This document shows, piece after piece, positions 1 through 8,467 of a stretch of 64,000 bases of DNA (the first letter of the stretch is position 1; every line of letters begins with the position of its first letter). The notes under the pieces were generated by a model that saw nothing but the letters and a program-made list of their open reading frames with translations, ran no database searches and had not been told where the DNA came from. The position numbers and the translations under genes are program-made. Origin of the DNA: a virus; IMG/VR virus record IMGVR_UViG_3300042308_001616, positions 58,861 through 122,860 of that record; one strand, given 5' to 3'.

Positions 1-1089
1 GTGAATGAATCGTCTTTCCACCAATCGATGTCCAGATAATCATGTCCACATATAAAACCACCACTACGAACTTTTTTATACCAGTAATTTATATCACTTT
101 TCACACTTTCATATGAATGATTTGCATCGATATAAACGAAATCTAATGAAGAGTCGCCGAATATATCGGCGGCATTTTCTGAATTGGCTCTTATCATTAT
201 TGCTCTGTCTTCGTACCCAATAATACTATTCATTGCTTCTTCGTAAACATCACCGTGAATATTATTTGTACTATCTTGATACCCACTATAATCTAACGAA
301 CGCCAAACATCAACCATATAAAGTGTTCCTTCCCAAGATTCTAAAATTTGTTTTGATAAGTGTCCTTTATAAACACCTACTTCAACACCTTTTCCTTTAG
401 TGAATTCTTGCCCTATATTTTTAATATATTGTACTCTATCTATACCACTCTTTTTTGCACTGAATTCTAATTTTTTATTTTTTATATAGAATGCATCTCC
501 CCAACAAGAATCAGTATACCAGGTCTGTGCCCTTTCAAAACCTAAAGGTGATAATATTTGATCGAGATCTTCTAATGTAGGACAACCCTCATACATCTCA
601 ACTGTGTTGAATTCTGTGAAAAGGTAGTCTATAGACTTTAGTGTTTGTGATGCACCTTTCAATACATTCAATTCATTACCCTGTACGTCTAATACAAGCA
701 TATTTGAATCTTTTATATTGAAGTCATCGAGTTTGGCTACTTCAATTTCTAGTGATTGATTGAAATTTATATGTCCAAAAATTTCTTTGTGTTTGGCAGG
801 TTTTAGTATAGATGAACTTTGTCCTCCATTTTCGGTATCTATGTAGATAGTACTTCTACCAGCACTTTCACCTAAAGCCAAATTGTATGTTTTGGCATAA
901 TTATCATTACTTAAGTTTTCAACCAGAATATCATACATTTGTGGAAGTGGTTCAAACCAATGTGTTAACACCGATTCTCCGAATGTATTTTTATAATCTG
1001 AGTGCTCTTGACCAATGTGTGCACCAACGTGTATTATTCCACTTACGTTAAAATCGTAATTACTTTTATAATTTTCAAAACCTATTATC
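1..1089 (-). CDS. Partial (3' end off-window) fused methyltransferase: N-terminal FkbM-family domain plus C-terminal TylF/MycF-like class I SAM methyltransferase domain
   Basis: Reverse-strand reading frame is open from ATG at 1089 to the window edge. Translation contains IHVGAHIGQE...FEP...NLALGE (FkbM/Methyltransf_21 pattern), then GVEVGVYKGH...LYMVDVW...FVYIDANHSYESVKSD..GGFICGHDY (TylF-like Methyltransf_24 pattern). Not in the ORF track because no stop lies inside the window. Confidence 0.6.
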
Positions 1090-1204
1090 ATATTAGTTAT
1101 ATGATTTATTTTGAAAATGTTATACTATTTTTAGTAAGTCGTCTATATTTAAGTCTCTTATCACATTCCCGAGTTCGGAGTGTATACTTCTATTCTCTTC
1201 ATAG

Positions 1205-1558
1205 TCAGTTACATTTCTTCTTTACCCATTTTACTAATATGTCTCCGTGACAAGACTTTCCACCACCGCCTTCGTTTTTACACCAGCAACCCAATACTTT
1301 ATCCTTCAGTTCACAAAGAGAGTTCATAAGTTCTTCATTTGATAAAAGATATTCCTCATACGCTGCGACAATTTTCTTTCTCGGCGTTCCCTCTGGAAAA
1401 CTTTCTCTCAACAATTTAGGGTAAGCCCATTTGTTGTATTGGCCACCAGGTAACCTACCGATGTATATGTCATATGGTTCCTTTTTAAAATGCACGACTC
1501 GTATTTTGTGGTCGTGTTTTTTCTCAGGACTTTTGAAACTATCGAAAAAATCATCCAT
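1205..1558 (-). CDS. DUF4326-family protein
   Basis: C-terminal LGCWCKNEGGGGKSCHGDIL matches the DUF4326 signature (L.G..L.CWC....CHGDVL). Confidence 0.6.
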   Translation of the reverse strand: MDDFFDSFKSPEKKHDHKIRVVHFKKEPYDIYIGRLPGGQYNKWAYPKLLRESFPEGTPRKKIVAAYEEYLLSNEELMNSLCELKDKVLGCWCKNEGGGGKSCHGDILVKWVKKKCN

Positions 1559-1559
1559 A

Positions 1560-2033
1560 TCAATCCTCTTTTTCTGTCATCATAACCGCTCTCTTATAGT
1601 TCACGTAAGCGTAGACACCGTTCATTACATTCACTATAGTACTCAGAAACCTTATGTCGAATGTCAGACCGATGCCTACCAACACAGCGACGATAGAGAA
1701 GTGAACTATGCTAACCTTCACAAAGTCCTTCACCAAAAGGAGTCTTATTTTGTTAATAAACCTGTTCTTAATATTACCAGTGAGTGAGTCGATGTCTACA
1801 TCACGTTTACAGACCTTACAAAGACAATAATTTTCTTTTTCTTTTGGATTATAGAAATATTCTTCAATATCCTTTGTCGGTTGTTTACATAAATAACATA
1901 GGTACCCAACCTGTATACGCCACATTACACTGCTAGTATCTTTGAAACGTTTAATCATCTTATATGTGTAGTATATCAATCCTATGAACGAAATAATAGA
2001 AATTATTGTACTTATTAAAATCATGTTTATCAT
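1560..2033 (-). CDS. Hypothetical membrane protein with a CxxC...CxxC zinc-ribbon-like segment
   Basis: ORF with hydrophobic N-terminal and central segments and paired Cys motifs (CYLCK...CLCKVCK). Confidence 0.45.
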   Translation of the reverse strand: MINMILISTIISIISFIGLIYYTYKMIKRFKDTSSVMWRIQVGYLCYLCKQPTKDIEEYFYNPKEKENYCLCKVCKRDVDIDSLTGNIKNRFINKIRLLLVKDFVKVSIVHFSIVAVLVGIGLTFDIRFLSTIVNVMNGVYAYVNYKRAVMMTEKED

Positions 2034-2560
2034 TTTATTGGTAAGTATAATTTGTGTTTTTCACACATTTCAAGAACATATTCGTTGTGTTCTATAAATT
2101 TTGGATTAACAAGGCCAATTGTTATGTGTAAACTGTGAAATGGAGCACCTAAGCCAATTACATTTCGTATGTTCATTATGTCATCAGAATAAGCTTTAAT
2201 GTGCCACCACATTTTTTCACCTTTCTTATTACATCTAATTAGTGTTGGATCGTAATTAACAGTTACTTCTTTTCCGTGAAATAATTCTTTTGCTTGTAGG
2301 TATACATCATCATCTACGATCTCATTTATGGCAGTTACGTGTGTTCCTCTTACGGGATCGTTTAGTCTTCCTTTCCATTCGAAAGGACTGACATCTGGAA
2401 TCCTAAGACCAAATCTTTGTTCGAGTAGCCATTTGTAGTATCTGTAAGTCTCGTCACCATAAAAACGAACCATTGCCACCTTCTTCCAAGAAGATTGTTC
2501 TTCGTGTTTCCTGGATATATTAACCGGATCAAACTCAAGTATACCTTTTATCTCAAACAT
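2030..2560 (-). CDS. Putative 2H phosphoesterase superfamily protein (LigT / cyclic phosphodiesterase-like)
   Basis: Two H-x-T-x motifs (GTHVTAI and SLHITIG) spaced about 70 aa apart, as in 2H phosphoesterases. Confidence 0.4.
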   Translation of the reverse strand: MFEIKGILEFDPVNISRKHEEQSSWKKVAMVRFYGDETYRYYKWLLEQRFGLRIPDVSPFEWKGRLNDPVRGTHVTAINEIVDDDVYLQAKELFHGKEVTVNYDPTLIRCNKKGEKMWWHIKAYSDDIMNIRNVIGLGAPFHSLHITIGLVNPKFIEHNEYVLEMCEKHKLYLPIK

Positions 2561-2618
2561 AATTCATTTTTTACAAAGTTAGAAATTATTTGTGAATATA
2601 TAAAAGAAAAATAATTTT

Positions 2619-2804
2619 ATGGAAGATAAAAACATGAGACTTATAAAAAACGAACCAATTGGACAGGATGATATTACACTGTTGAGAGAAAAGTTTGTAA
2701 ATGAATATTCGAAAAGAAAGGGCTGGAATGCTAAGGAACTAAGTACCTCACAAATGCTTGAGATTGTTTCACAGAAAGAGTATAAAGGTCTTATATTAGG
2801 ATAA
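2619..2804 (+). CDS. Small hypothetical protein (61 aa)
   Basis: ORF preceded by a GAATATATAAAAG promoter-like motif and followed by a strong terminator. Confidence 0.4.
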   Translation: MEDKNMRLIKNEPIGQDDITLLREKFVNEYSKRKGWNAKELSTSQMLEIVSQKEYKGLILG

Positions 2805-2810
2805 TTTATA

Positions 2811-2839
2811 AAGGGTCACTTATAGTGACCCTTTTTTTT
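2811..2839. terminator. Rho-independent terminator hairpin (AAGGGTCAC-TTATA-GTGACCCTT plus T-run), bidirectional
   Basis: Perfect 9-bp GC-containing stem followed by TTTTTTTT; lies between convergent genes. Confidence 0.65.
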
Positions 2840-3422
2840 ATTCGCCTAATAGGTCATCCAATCTTCTATCTCTTATGAACGAGGCTTTCAAATCATCGGT
2901 AGTCGCTGACCAACCATCAGTCTTGCTCTTTATCAATGTATCTCTTATAGGTATCTGTATACCGTGACCTACGCCAACCACCGTCTTGTACTTACCCTCT
3001 ACTAAGTTAGAGTGTGCGGTATATTCCGACACGTTTTCATTGTTTGAAACAACGTGGTATGATTGTGTCATTATTATGAAATAAATAGCGAGGTCTTTTA
3101 CTTGCTCTACTATACGATCCAAAGACTCTGCATTCATTTCCCAAGCATCTATTACGACTATATCAGAACGAAAAAGAAGACCTTTGTCGTTGAGCATATT
3201 TGATAGTTCGGCGTTTGTACGGTATGCATGTGCTGGATGCATCTGATAATTAAGACCAATCTTATTATTATGTTCGAAGTAAAAAAGTATAGCCATATTA
3301 CCGGCAAGCTCGTGCATCTGACATATTTGTAGTACAGCCTTACTTACTACATTTTCTTCACCGGAGAAGTAGTTGAACCTTTTTAAATCTAACATATTGA
3401 TTGTAGTTCTTATACAAAACAA
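2838..3422 (-). CDS. Hypothetical protein (194 aa)
   Basis: ORF only; no recognisable motif. Confidence 0.45.
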   Translation of the reverse strand: MFCIRTTINMLDLKRFNYFSGEENVVSKAVLQICQMHELAGNMAILFYFEHNNKIGLNYQMHPAHAYRTNAELSNMLNDKGLLFRSDIVVIDAWEMNAESLDRIVEQVKDLAIYFIIMTQSYHVVSNNENVSEYTAHSNLVEGKYKTVVGVGHGIQIPIRDTLIKSKTDGWSATTDDLKASFIRDRRLDDLLGE

Positions 3423-3464
3423 AGTTAATCTTTTTTGTTATAAAAACAAAAATAAAATATCCAT

Positions 3465-4247
3465 ATGGATCAAACAATGTATCAACCAAGTGAGGGGATT
3501 AAGTTCACCTACATCATAGCATACAGACATAGCTTAGACAGATACCTTAATTTAAAAAGAGTTTTAGATTGGGTAAATGGTTTCAGTGGTTCTGAAGTTA
3601 TTGTTGTTGAGCAAGACACACACTCCAAAATATCACATCTTAATTTACCATGTAGAGTTATATTTACGAAATCTGATATACCTTTCAATAAATCAAACGC
3701 ATTCAACGTAGGTGTAAAAGCATCACGTGCTAATATAGTTGTGTTCGGTGATTCTGATTTGATAATGAAACCAGATGAATTCATCGATGCACTCAATGAT
3801 GTCCAGAATTACGAGATGGTGAATCCTTACCATTCAGTTATAGACCTTACTGCACAAGAATCTATGCAAGATCTTTCTAATATGGTAAGAATTGATCGAC
3901 CAGGACGTGGTGAAACTGATATACAGAAGGTTCCTTTGTGTGGTGGTATTTGTATATTCCGAAAAGATGCCATACTAAAAATTGGAGCATGGTGTGAAGA
4001 CTTTATCGGGTGGGGTGGAGAAGATGATTTCCAATCAGTTAAGGTAAAGAATTTCTTAAGTTGGGTTGAAAGACCAAATAGATGTTACCACCTTTTTCAT
4101 GAAAGGACTGCACCGGATATGAAATGGTATCAAAGAAACCTTCAGTTATTACAAAAATTGGGATCTCTTTCTAAAGAGGATTTACAAAGACATATAATGA
4201 CAAGTGCACCTAAGATTGGTTTAAAAAACAAATATGACAATTTCTGA
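3465..4247 (+). CDS. Glycosyltransferase (GT2/GT-A-like with galactosyltransferase-type C-terminal motif)
   Basis: DxD-like VFGDSDL and the hallmark FIGWGGEDDF motif (Glyco_transf_7C-like GWGGEDDD). Confidence 0.55.
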   Translation: MDQTMYQPSEGIKFTYIIAYRHSLDRYLNLKRVLDWVNGFSGSEVIVVEQDTHSKISHLNLPCRVIFTKSDIPFNKSNAFNVGVKASRANIVVFGDSDLIMKPDEFIDALNDVQNYEMVNPYHSVIDLTAQESMQDLSNMVRIDRPGRGETDIQKVPLCGGICIFRKDAILKIGAWCEDFIGWGGEDDFQSVKVKNFLSWVERPNRCYHLFHERTAPDMKWYQRNLQLLQKLGSLSKEDLQRHIMTSAPKIGLKNKYDNF

Positions 4248-4849
4248 TGGAAATTATAGAACCAAATCCAAGGCTATTAGAATATATAGCAGACGCATCA
4301 TCATTATTTACTGACTTTGATGGTGCCCGTCGTGAGTTCATTGAAAATGAAGAGTGGCATTATATACAATCCGAATTAGAACAAAACATATATCTTTTGA
4401 GTAGACTTGAAGAGAAAAAGTTACTACCTGAAAAGGTAGACGTATTCGATTGTGGAATCGGTCTGGGTACTACTATGTTTGATCTTTATCTTCAGTCTAA
4501 AGATATGTTAGGGAAGAATTTTACATTTTCAGGAGTAGAGAAACATGATAGGTATTCAGACTTTCTTGAACAGAAATTATTACATTATTGGGATGGTAAA
4601 CTAAATCTATATAGAGGCGATATAATGGATCGAGATTATACTTCGTATAATATGGTTTATACTTATTCGCCTTTTAAAACTGTTGAAAAGTTAGAAGACT
4701 TTTATAAAAAAGTGGTTAGTGAGATATCATCCGGTTCTATTATAATAGAGTCGAGGAATTGTGGAAAAGGTTTCGCTGAAACATTGTCACGTATACCTGG
4801 TCTCGAGGAGATAGAAGTAGATTGTATTTTTGTGTATAAAAAGAAATAA
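4247..4849 (+). CDS. Class I SAM-dependent methyltransferase
   Basis: Motif I VDVFDCGIGLGT (D/E-x-G-x-G-x-G). Start overlaps the stop of the upstream glycosyltransferase (ATGA). Confidence 0.5.
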   Translation: MEIIEPNPRLLEYIADASSLFTDFDGARREFIENEEWHYIQSELEQNIYLLSRLEEKKLLPEKVDVFDCGIGLGTTMFDLYLQSKDMLGKNFTFSGVEKHDRYSDFLEQKLLHYWDGKLNLYRGDIMDRDYTSYNMVYTYSPFKTVEKLEDFYKKVVSEISSGSIIIESRNCGKGFAETLSRIPGLEEIEVDCIFVYKKK

Positions 4850-4880
4850 AAAATGCCGACGTAATGTCGGCATTTTTTAT
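4850..4880. terminator. Rho-independent terminator (AATGCCGAC-GTAA-TGTCGGCATT plus T-run), bidirectional
   Basis: A-run, 9-bp stem, T-run. Confidence 0.65.
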
Positions 4881-5419
4881 TAAACCATCTCCACTCGGAG
4901 TTTTTCATATTTTGTAAGTAGTGCATACATTCTTTCCCACTCAGTATTAGGATCTTTCACAATTCGTTTACACCATTTATTGTTATTCAGATATTCTACA
5001 ATCATTCCGGGTTTGATATCAGATTTACTTTTAGGTAACCAATACCTAGTTTTCTCAACAAATGAGAACGATACCCCATTATGTAGGTATGATTTGTTCT
5101 TAGAATCCGTATTGAACATAATAATACCCATTGGTCTTTCATCACCACTATTGAATATTTTTCTCGGTTCAGTCTCACCTACGTATTTTATTATGGCACA
5201 CTCTTGTGTATGTTCATCGAGTAATCTCAATACATCAAATCGAAGTTCGTCGTTATCCACGGATTTATATGCTAAAACAGAGTCCTCGAAAATACCTTCA
5301 TAATATCCCTGTATAGGTAATATTTGGTATTCTTTTGCCCAGAGAACCGATGTCAATGCGTCCATATTCTCAGAAGAGATTATGACATATGATGTATTAG
5401 GTTGTTCCAATGCGCTCAT
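4880..5419 (-). CDS. Hypothetical protein (179 aa)
   Basis: ORF; a promoter-like motif (GGTTATATATTAATATT at 5422-5438) lies just upstream. Confidence 0.45.
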   Translation of the reverse strand: MSALEQPNTSYVIISSENMDALTSVLWAKEYQILPIQGYYEGIFEDSVLAYKSVDNDELRFDVLRLLDEHTQECAIIKYVGETEPRKIFNSGDERPMGIIMFNTDSKNKSYLHNGVSFSFVEKTRYWLPKSKSDIKPGMIVEYLNNNKWCKRIVKDPNTEWERMYALLTKYEKLRVEMV

Positions 5420-5423
5420 GCGG

Positions 5424-6653
5424 TTATATATTAATATTCTCTGACGCCTTTTTAATTATACCAAATTCTTCATATAACCTAAGATTGAATATGGCTTCTA
5501 TACTATCTCTGTGTCTAAAAGGTACTATGATACTATCATGTACGGTTGCCATTTTAACATCTGGCATTTGTTGCATCACATTCTTAACTATTCGGTTGAA
5601 CAATAATGAAGATTCTGCCTTCTGTAATTCGTAAGCAAGAACACGATAATCACCTTTTTCTTTTTTGTATAACTTTATGAAGTTGTGTATAGTTGGAAAT
5701 AGTGAAGAGAAAACTTTATCTGCCTTACAACTATGAGCATTCTTACCGAAAAGTACTCTATATGTCATCTCCTTTACTACCGATCTGTCATTATTACCGG
5801 TGGCATCCATTACATATTGGTAATAAATTCCATTTATAGTGAGATATTTGAAAAGTTCAAATTCATCCTGTTTTACCCATTTAGTACCGGAACTCTCAAT
5901 CACTTTTGTGAGAAAGAGTGGCTGACTATTTTTTATGTCTATCTCATGTGTAGGTTCTCCGTCTATGAGTAGGCACGTTTTGCGTATGAACGATTTAAGT
6001 ATTGTGAAGTTTGTGTGCATCCTACCATAATTATCAAAATGATAAAATATATGTTTGTCACCAATACACTCTACAGAATATACATTTCGGTTGTATATGT
6101 CTCCGTCAAAGTCTTTCAAATTATCTAAGTAGAATATTGCGGCAGATTGGTCTATCTCTACGTGAAATAAATCATCGACCAACTTCGCTTTAACATCTGC
6201 GTGTATAAGATCCGATCCTATATCGCCGTCTTCTACACGAGAGACACTATTCTTATATTTTCTGAGTAGTGTTTTGTCACGGTTTGAATACCTTAGTATC
6301 TTACCTTTTAGTACTTCGGAACAAATACTATATGATCGGGAGTTTCTTCCTGCTAAATAGTTTGACCTCATCTCTATCAATCGATTATCGACCAACCAGG
6401 ATATGTAGTGGTTATAAAGATGGCCGTACTTCTCTTTCAATATCGATGAATGAAGACTAAATTTGTTGTCTTTTTTGAAATAGTATTTTAGTATAAGACC
6501 GTGTATTATATCAACTAAGTAGGCCGTTTTTATTTTTTTATTGTTGTGTAGTATAGTTTTACAATCAACTAAGTATTGCATTTTGACTGGAAGGAATTGT
6601 AGTGTACGTTCCTTCAATTCTAGTTTTTCTCTTATACTAGTTACCGATTCCAT
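5424..6653 (-). CDS. Hypothetical protein (409 aa) with T7-RNAP / family-A polymerase-like motifs A, B, C (speculative)
   Basis: LLIDGEPTHEI (cf. T7 RNAP motif A FDGSCSGIQ), RSVVKEMTYRVLFGK (cf. T7 RNAP motif B RSVTKRSVMTLAYGS), ATVHDSIIV (cf. motif C ALIHDSFGT), in the correct order. Confidence 0.45.
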   Translation of the reverse strand: MESVTSIREKLELKERTLQFLPVKMQYLVDCKTILHNNKKIKTAYLVDIIHGLILKYYFKKDNKFSLHSSILKEKYGHLYNHYISWLVDNRLIEMRSNYLAGRNSRSYSICSEVLKGKILRYSNRDKTLLRKYKNSVSRVEDGDIGSDLIHADVKAKLVDDLFHVEIDQSAAIFYLDNLKDFDGDIYNRNVYSVECIGDKHIFYHFDNYGRMHTNFTILKSFIRKTCLLIDGEPTHEIDIKNSQPLFLTKVIESSGTKWVKQDEFELFKYLTINGIYYQYVMDATGNNDRSVVKEMTYRVLFGKNAHSCKADKVFSSLFPTIHNFIKLYKKEKGDYRVLAYELQKAESSLLFNRIVKNVMQQMPDVKMATVHDSIIVPFRHRDSIEAIFNLRLYEEFGIIKKASENINI

Positions 6654-6825
6654 ACAACTCCTTTATTTTACTAACTCTATTCACTGCACGAAAAACACTA
6701 GTAATTGTGTAACTTTTAAAGTCTATTTTCAGACCTTCGAAGGTCTCACGTGTACATTCTGCACGTAGCGGTTTTATTTTCGAGGTTACTTCTACCTCTG
6801 ACATATTTAGTTCTATGTTGTCCAT
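6637..6825 (-). CDS. Small hypothetical protein (62 aa)
   Basis: ORF only. Confidence 0.3.
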   Translation of the reverse strand: MDNIELNMSEVEVTSKIKPLRAECTRETFEGLKIDFKSYTITSVFRAVNRVSKIKELYGIGN

Positions 6826-6881
6826 ATTTTTTATATGTTATCGTTGTCGTTTGTTGCCAAAAAAACCCGAATGTGTCGGGT

Positions 6882-7079
6882 TTATATGTTGATGATGTTG
6901 TAATAAACATCTGGATACTTTATCTCATTTCTATCATTTGGATCGTATTTGAATCCTTTTTGATTCTTCTCGTCAAACAATCTGTTTGATTCGACAAGCT
7001 TCTCCATTGTAGGAGTTTTTGTTGGCTTTATAGACTGTAGCTCTCTGTGCCAGAAATCGTATCTCTCGTAGTCGTTCAT
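6882..7079 (-). CDS. Small hypothetical protein (65 aa)
   Basis: ORF only. Confidence 0.3.
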   Translation of the reverse strand: MNDYERYDFWHRELQSIKPTKTPTMEKLVESNRLFDEKNQKGFKYDPNDRNEIKYPDVYYNIINI

Positions 7080-7082
7080 TTT

Positions 7083-8402
7083 CTATATTGTTTTTTCACC
7101 AATTTCTGGTTTTCCACCTGGTGTTGGTTTTTTCTTTTTCTTATCTGATGCACCTGCTTCAATTTCGGAATATACGTCTGGATAGACTTCACCTGCAGCG
7201 TCTGTGTCATATTTAATATCAAAGAAGTCTCCGAAGTCAAGTAGTCCTGCTCTGGCTAATTCAACCTCACTAGCTCTTCCGAGATGTTCGTCAACCATTC
7301 CGGATAGGTCATCAACGAATCTGTTGAATAAAGAAACTGTACTATCTGTGAATACTCCTATTGGTCTTTTTTTCTTTTTGTTGAATGATCCAAGTATTAC
7401 TTTGAATATGTACTCTAATTTACTATTTTCTTCCAAATACTCTTTAGTTGTTCTATTATCAACCAACGATTTATTTATTCTGAATTTGTCTTTATCGAAA
7501 AATTCAGGTATGGTAAATTCAAAATCTAACAAATCTTCTTTGACTTCTGCCAGATAAAGGTTGTAAAGTCTACAAACTAAACTAAGGTATACCTCTTCAC
7601 GGTTGTTACCTCTAATTTTAACATCACGTATTTGTATAGATTGACAAAAGTTTAGAAAGTTTATCAATATAAGTGTGTATATCTCAACAAAGTCTGTTGA
7701 GTTTGTTTCACTAACTCTTTTATATAAAGGGTTTAGTAGTTCAAATGATGTATCACCTGAAGTGAGTCTGAATATTAGTTTTTCTACATTCCTCTGGAAA
7801 TCTCCATTCATAAGAAAAGAAGATTCTGTTGCAGGGTTTAACATTTTGTAGAAAAAGAATGTAAAGTTTTTCTCACCAAAAACATACTCGAGATCATCTT
7901 CACTGGTATTCAGAAAATACTTTATAGCCTCAATCATTCTTTCCGTCAGTCTTCCTTGAAATACTACCGGAATCATCTCAACATCAATCAGTCTGGCATA
8001 TTCTGCTAACTCCTCTATGTTGAAATCATATTTTCCACTTTTATGTATTCCTGTTATAACAAGACCATTTTTGGGAATTCTATCATATTCGATATTGGCA
8101 GGTTGATTATCTGGAAAATACTCAAAACAAAACCACCATTTTTTGTTCAATAGAGATTTAACACGTGTGTCGAGTGATTTGAAGTATTCAACCCCTGGGT
8201 TGTAATAGTTCTGCATTGCTAAGTCTACAAGGTTGATTGGTTCACTACTTAGTGATTTTGGTTTTATCGTGAATTCTGTACCATTCCAGTTTACCCATAT
8301 CTTACTACCCTGTATATCTTCGAGTACTATTAGTTCTTCATTGAATAACGAGTTCAGTAATTGTTCACTTTCCGACTCGTTCATATTTATGAGTTTGGCC
8401 AT
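7083..8402 (-). CDS. Hypothetical protein (439 aa) with a Lys-rich C-terminal tail
   Basis: Long ORF. C-terminus DKKKKKPTPGGKPEIGEK suggests nucleic-acid or surface binding. No KxDG ligase motif found. Confidence 0.5.
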   Translation of the reverse strand: MAKLINMNESESEQLLNSLFNEELIVLEDIQGSKIWVNWNGTEFTIKPKSLSSEPINLVDLAMQNYYNPGVEYFKSLDTRVKSLLNKKWWFCFEYFPDNQPANIEYDRIPKNGLVITGIHKSGKYDFNIEELAEYARLIDVEMIPVVFQGRLTERMIEAIKYFLNTSEDDLEYVFGEKNFTFFFYKMLNPATESSFLMNGDFQRNVEKLIFRLTSGDTSFELLNPLYKRVSETNSTDFVEIYTLILINFLNFCQSIQIRDVKIRGNNREEVYLSLVCRLYNLYLAEVKEDLLDFEFTIPEFFDKDKFRINKSLVDNRTTKEYLEENSKLEYIFKVILGSFNKKKKRPIGVFTDSTVSLFNRFVDDLSGMVDEHLGRASEVELARAGLLDFGDFFDIKYDTDAAGEVYPDVYSEIEAGASDKKKKKPTPGGKPEIGEKTI

Positions 8403-8430
8403 CTTTGATTTATGTTTTTTATCAGATTAG

Positions 8431-8446
8431 GTTATATATAAAAAAC
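8431..8446 (+). promoter_or_regulatory. Promoter-like motif GGTTATATATAAAAAACC upstream of the GT4/GT9 glycosyltransferase
   Basis: Member of the recurrent AATATATAA / TTATATATAA family ~20 nt before the ATG. Confidence 0.4.
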
Positions 8447-8467
8447 CATCCATCAAATGTTTATATA

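Noticed and set aside
1002-1787. + strand ORFs 1002-1250 and 1431-1787
   Set aside because: They overlap the better-supported minus-strand methyltransferase and DUF4326 genes and have low-complexity hydrophobic translations.
7083-8402. RNA/DNA ligase or polynucleotide kinase assignment for the 439-aa protein
   Set aside because: No KxDG(x)R nucleotidyltransferase motif I and no Walker A P-loop could be found. Left as hypothetical.
8405-8467. Track start of the GT4/GT9 glycosyltransferase at 8405
   Set aside because: Position 8405 is a TTG, the first 21 residues are unusual (MIYVFYQIRLYIKNHPSNVYI), and the interval includes the promoter-like GGTTATATATAAAAAACC. The ATG at 8468 (MFMKKLMIIVPHLSTGG) is the likelier start.
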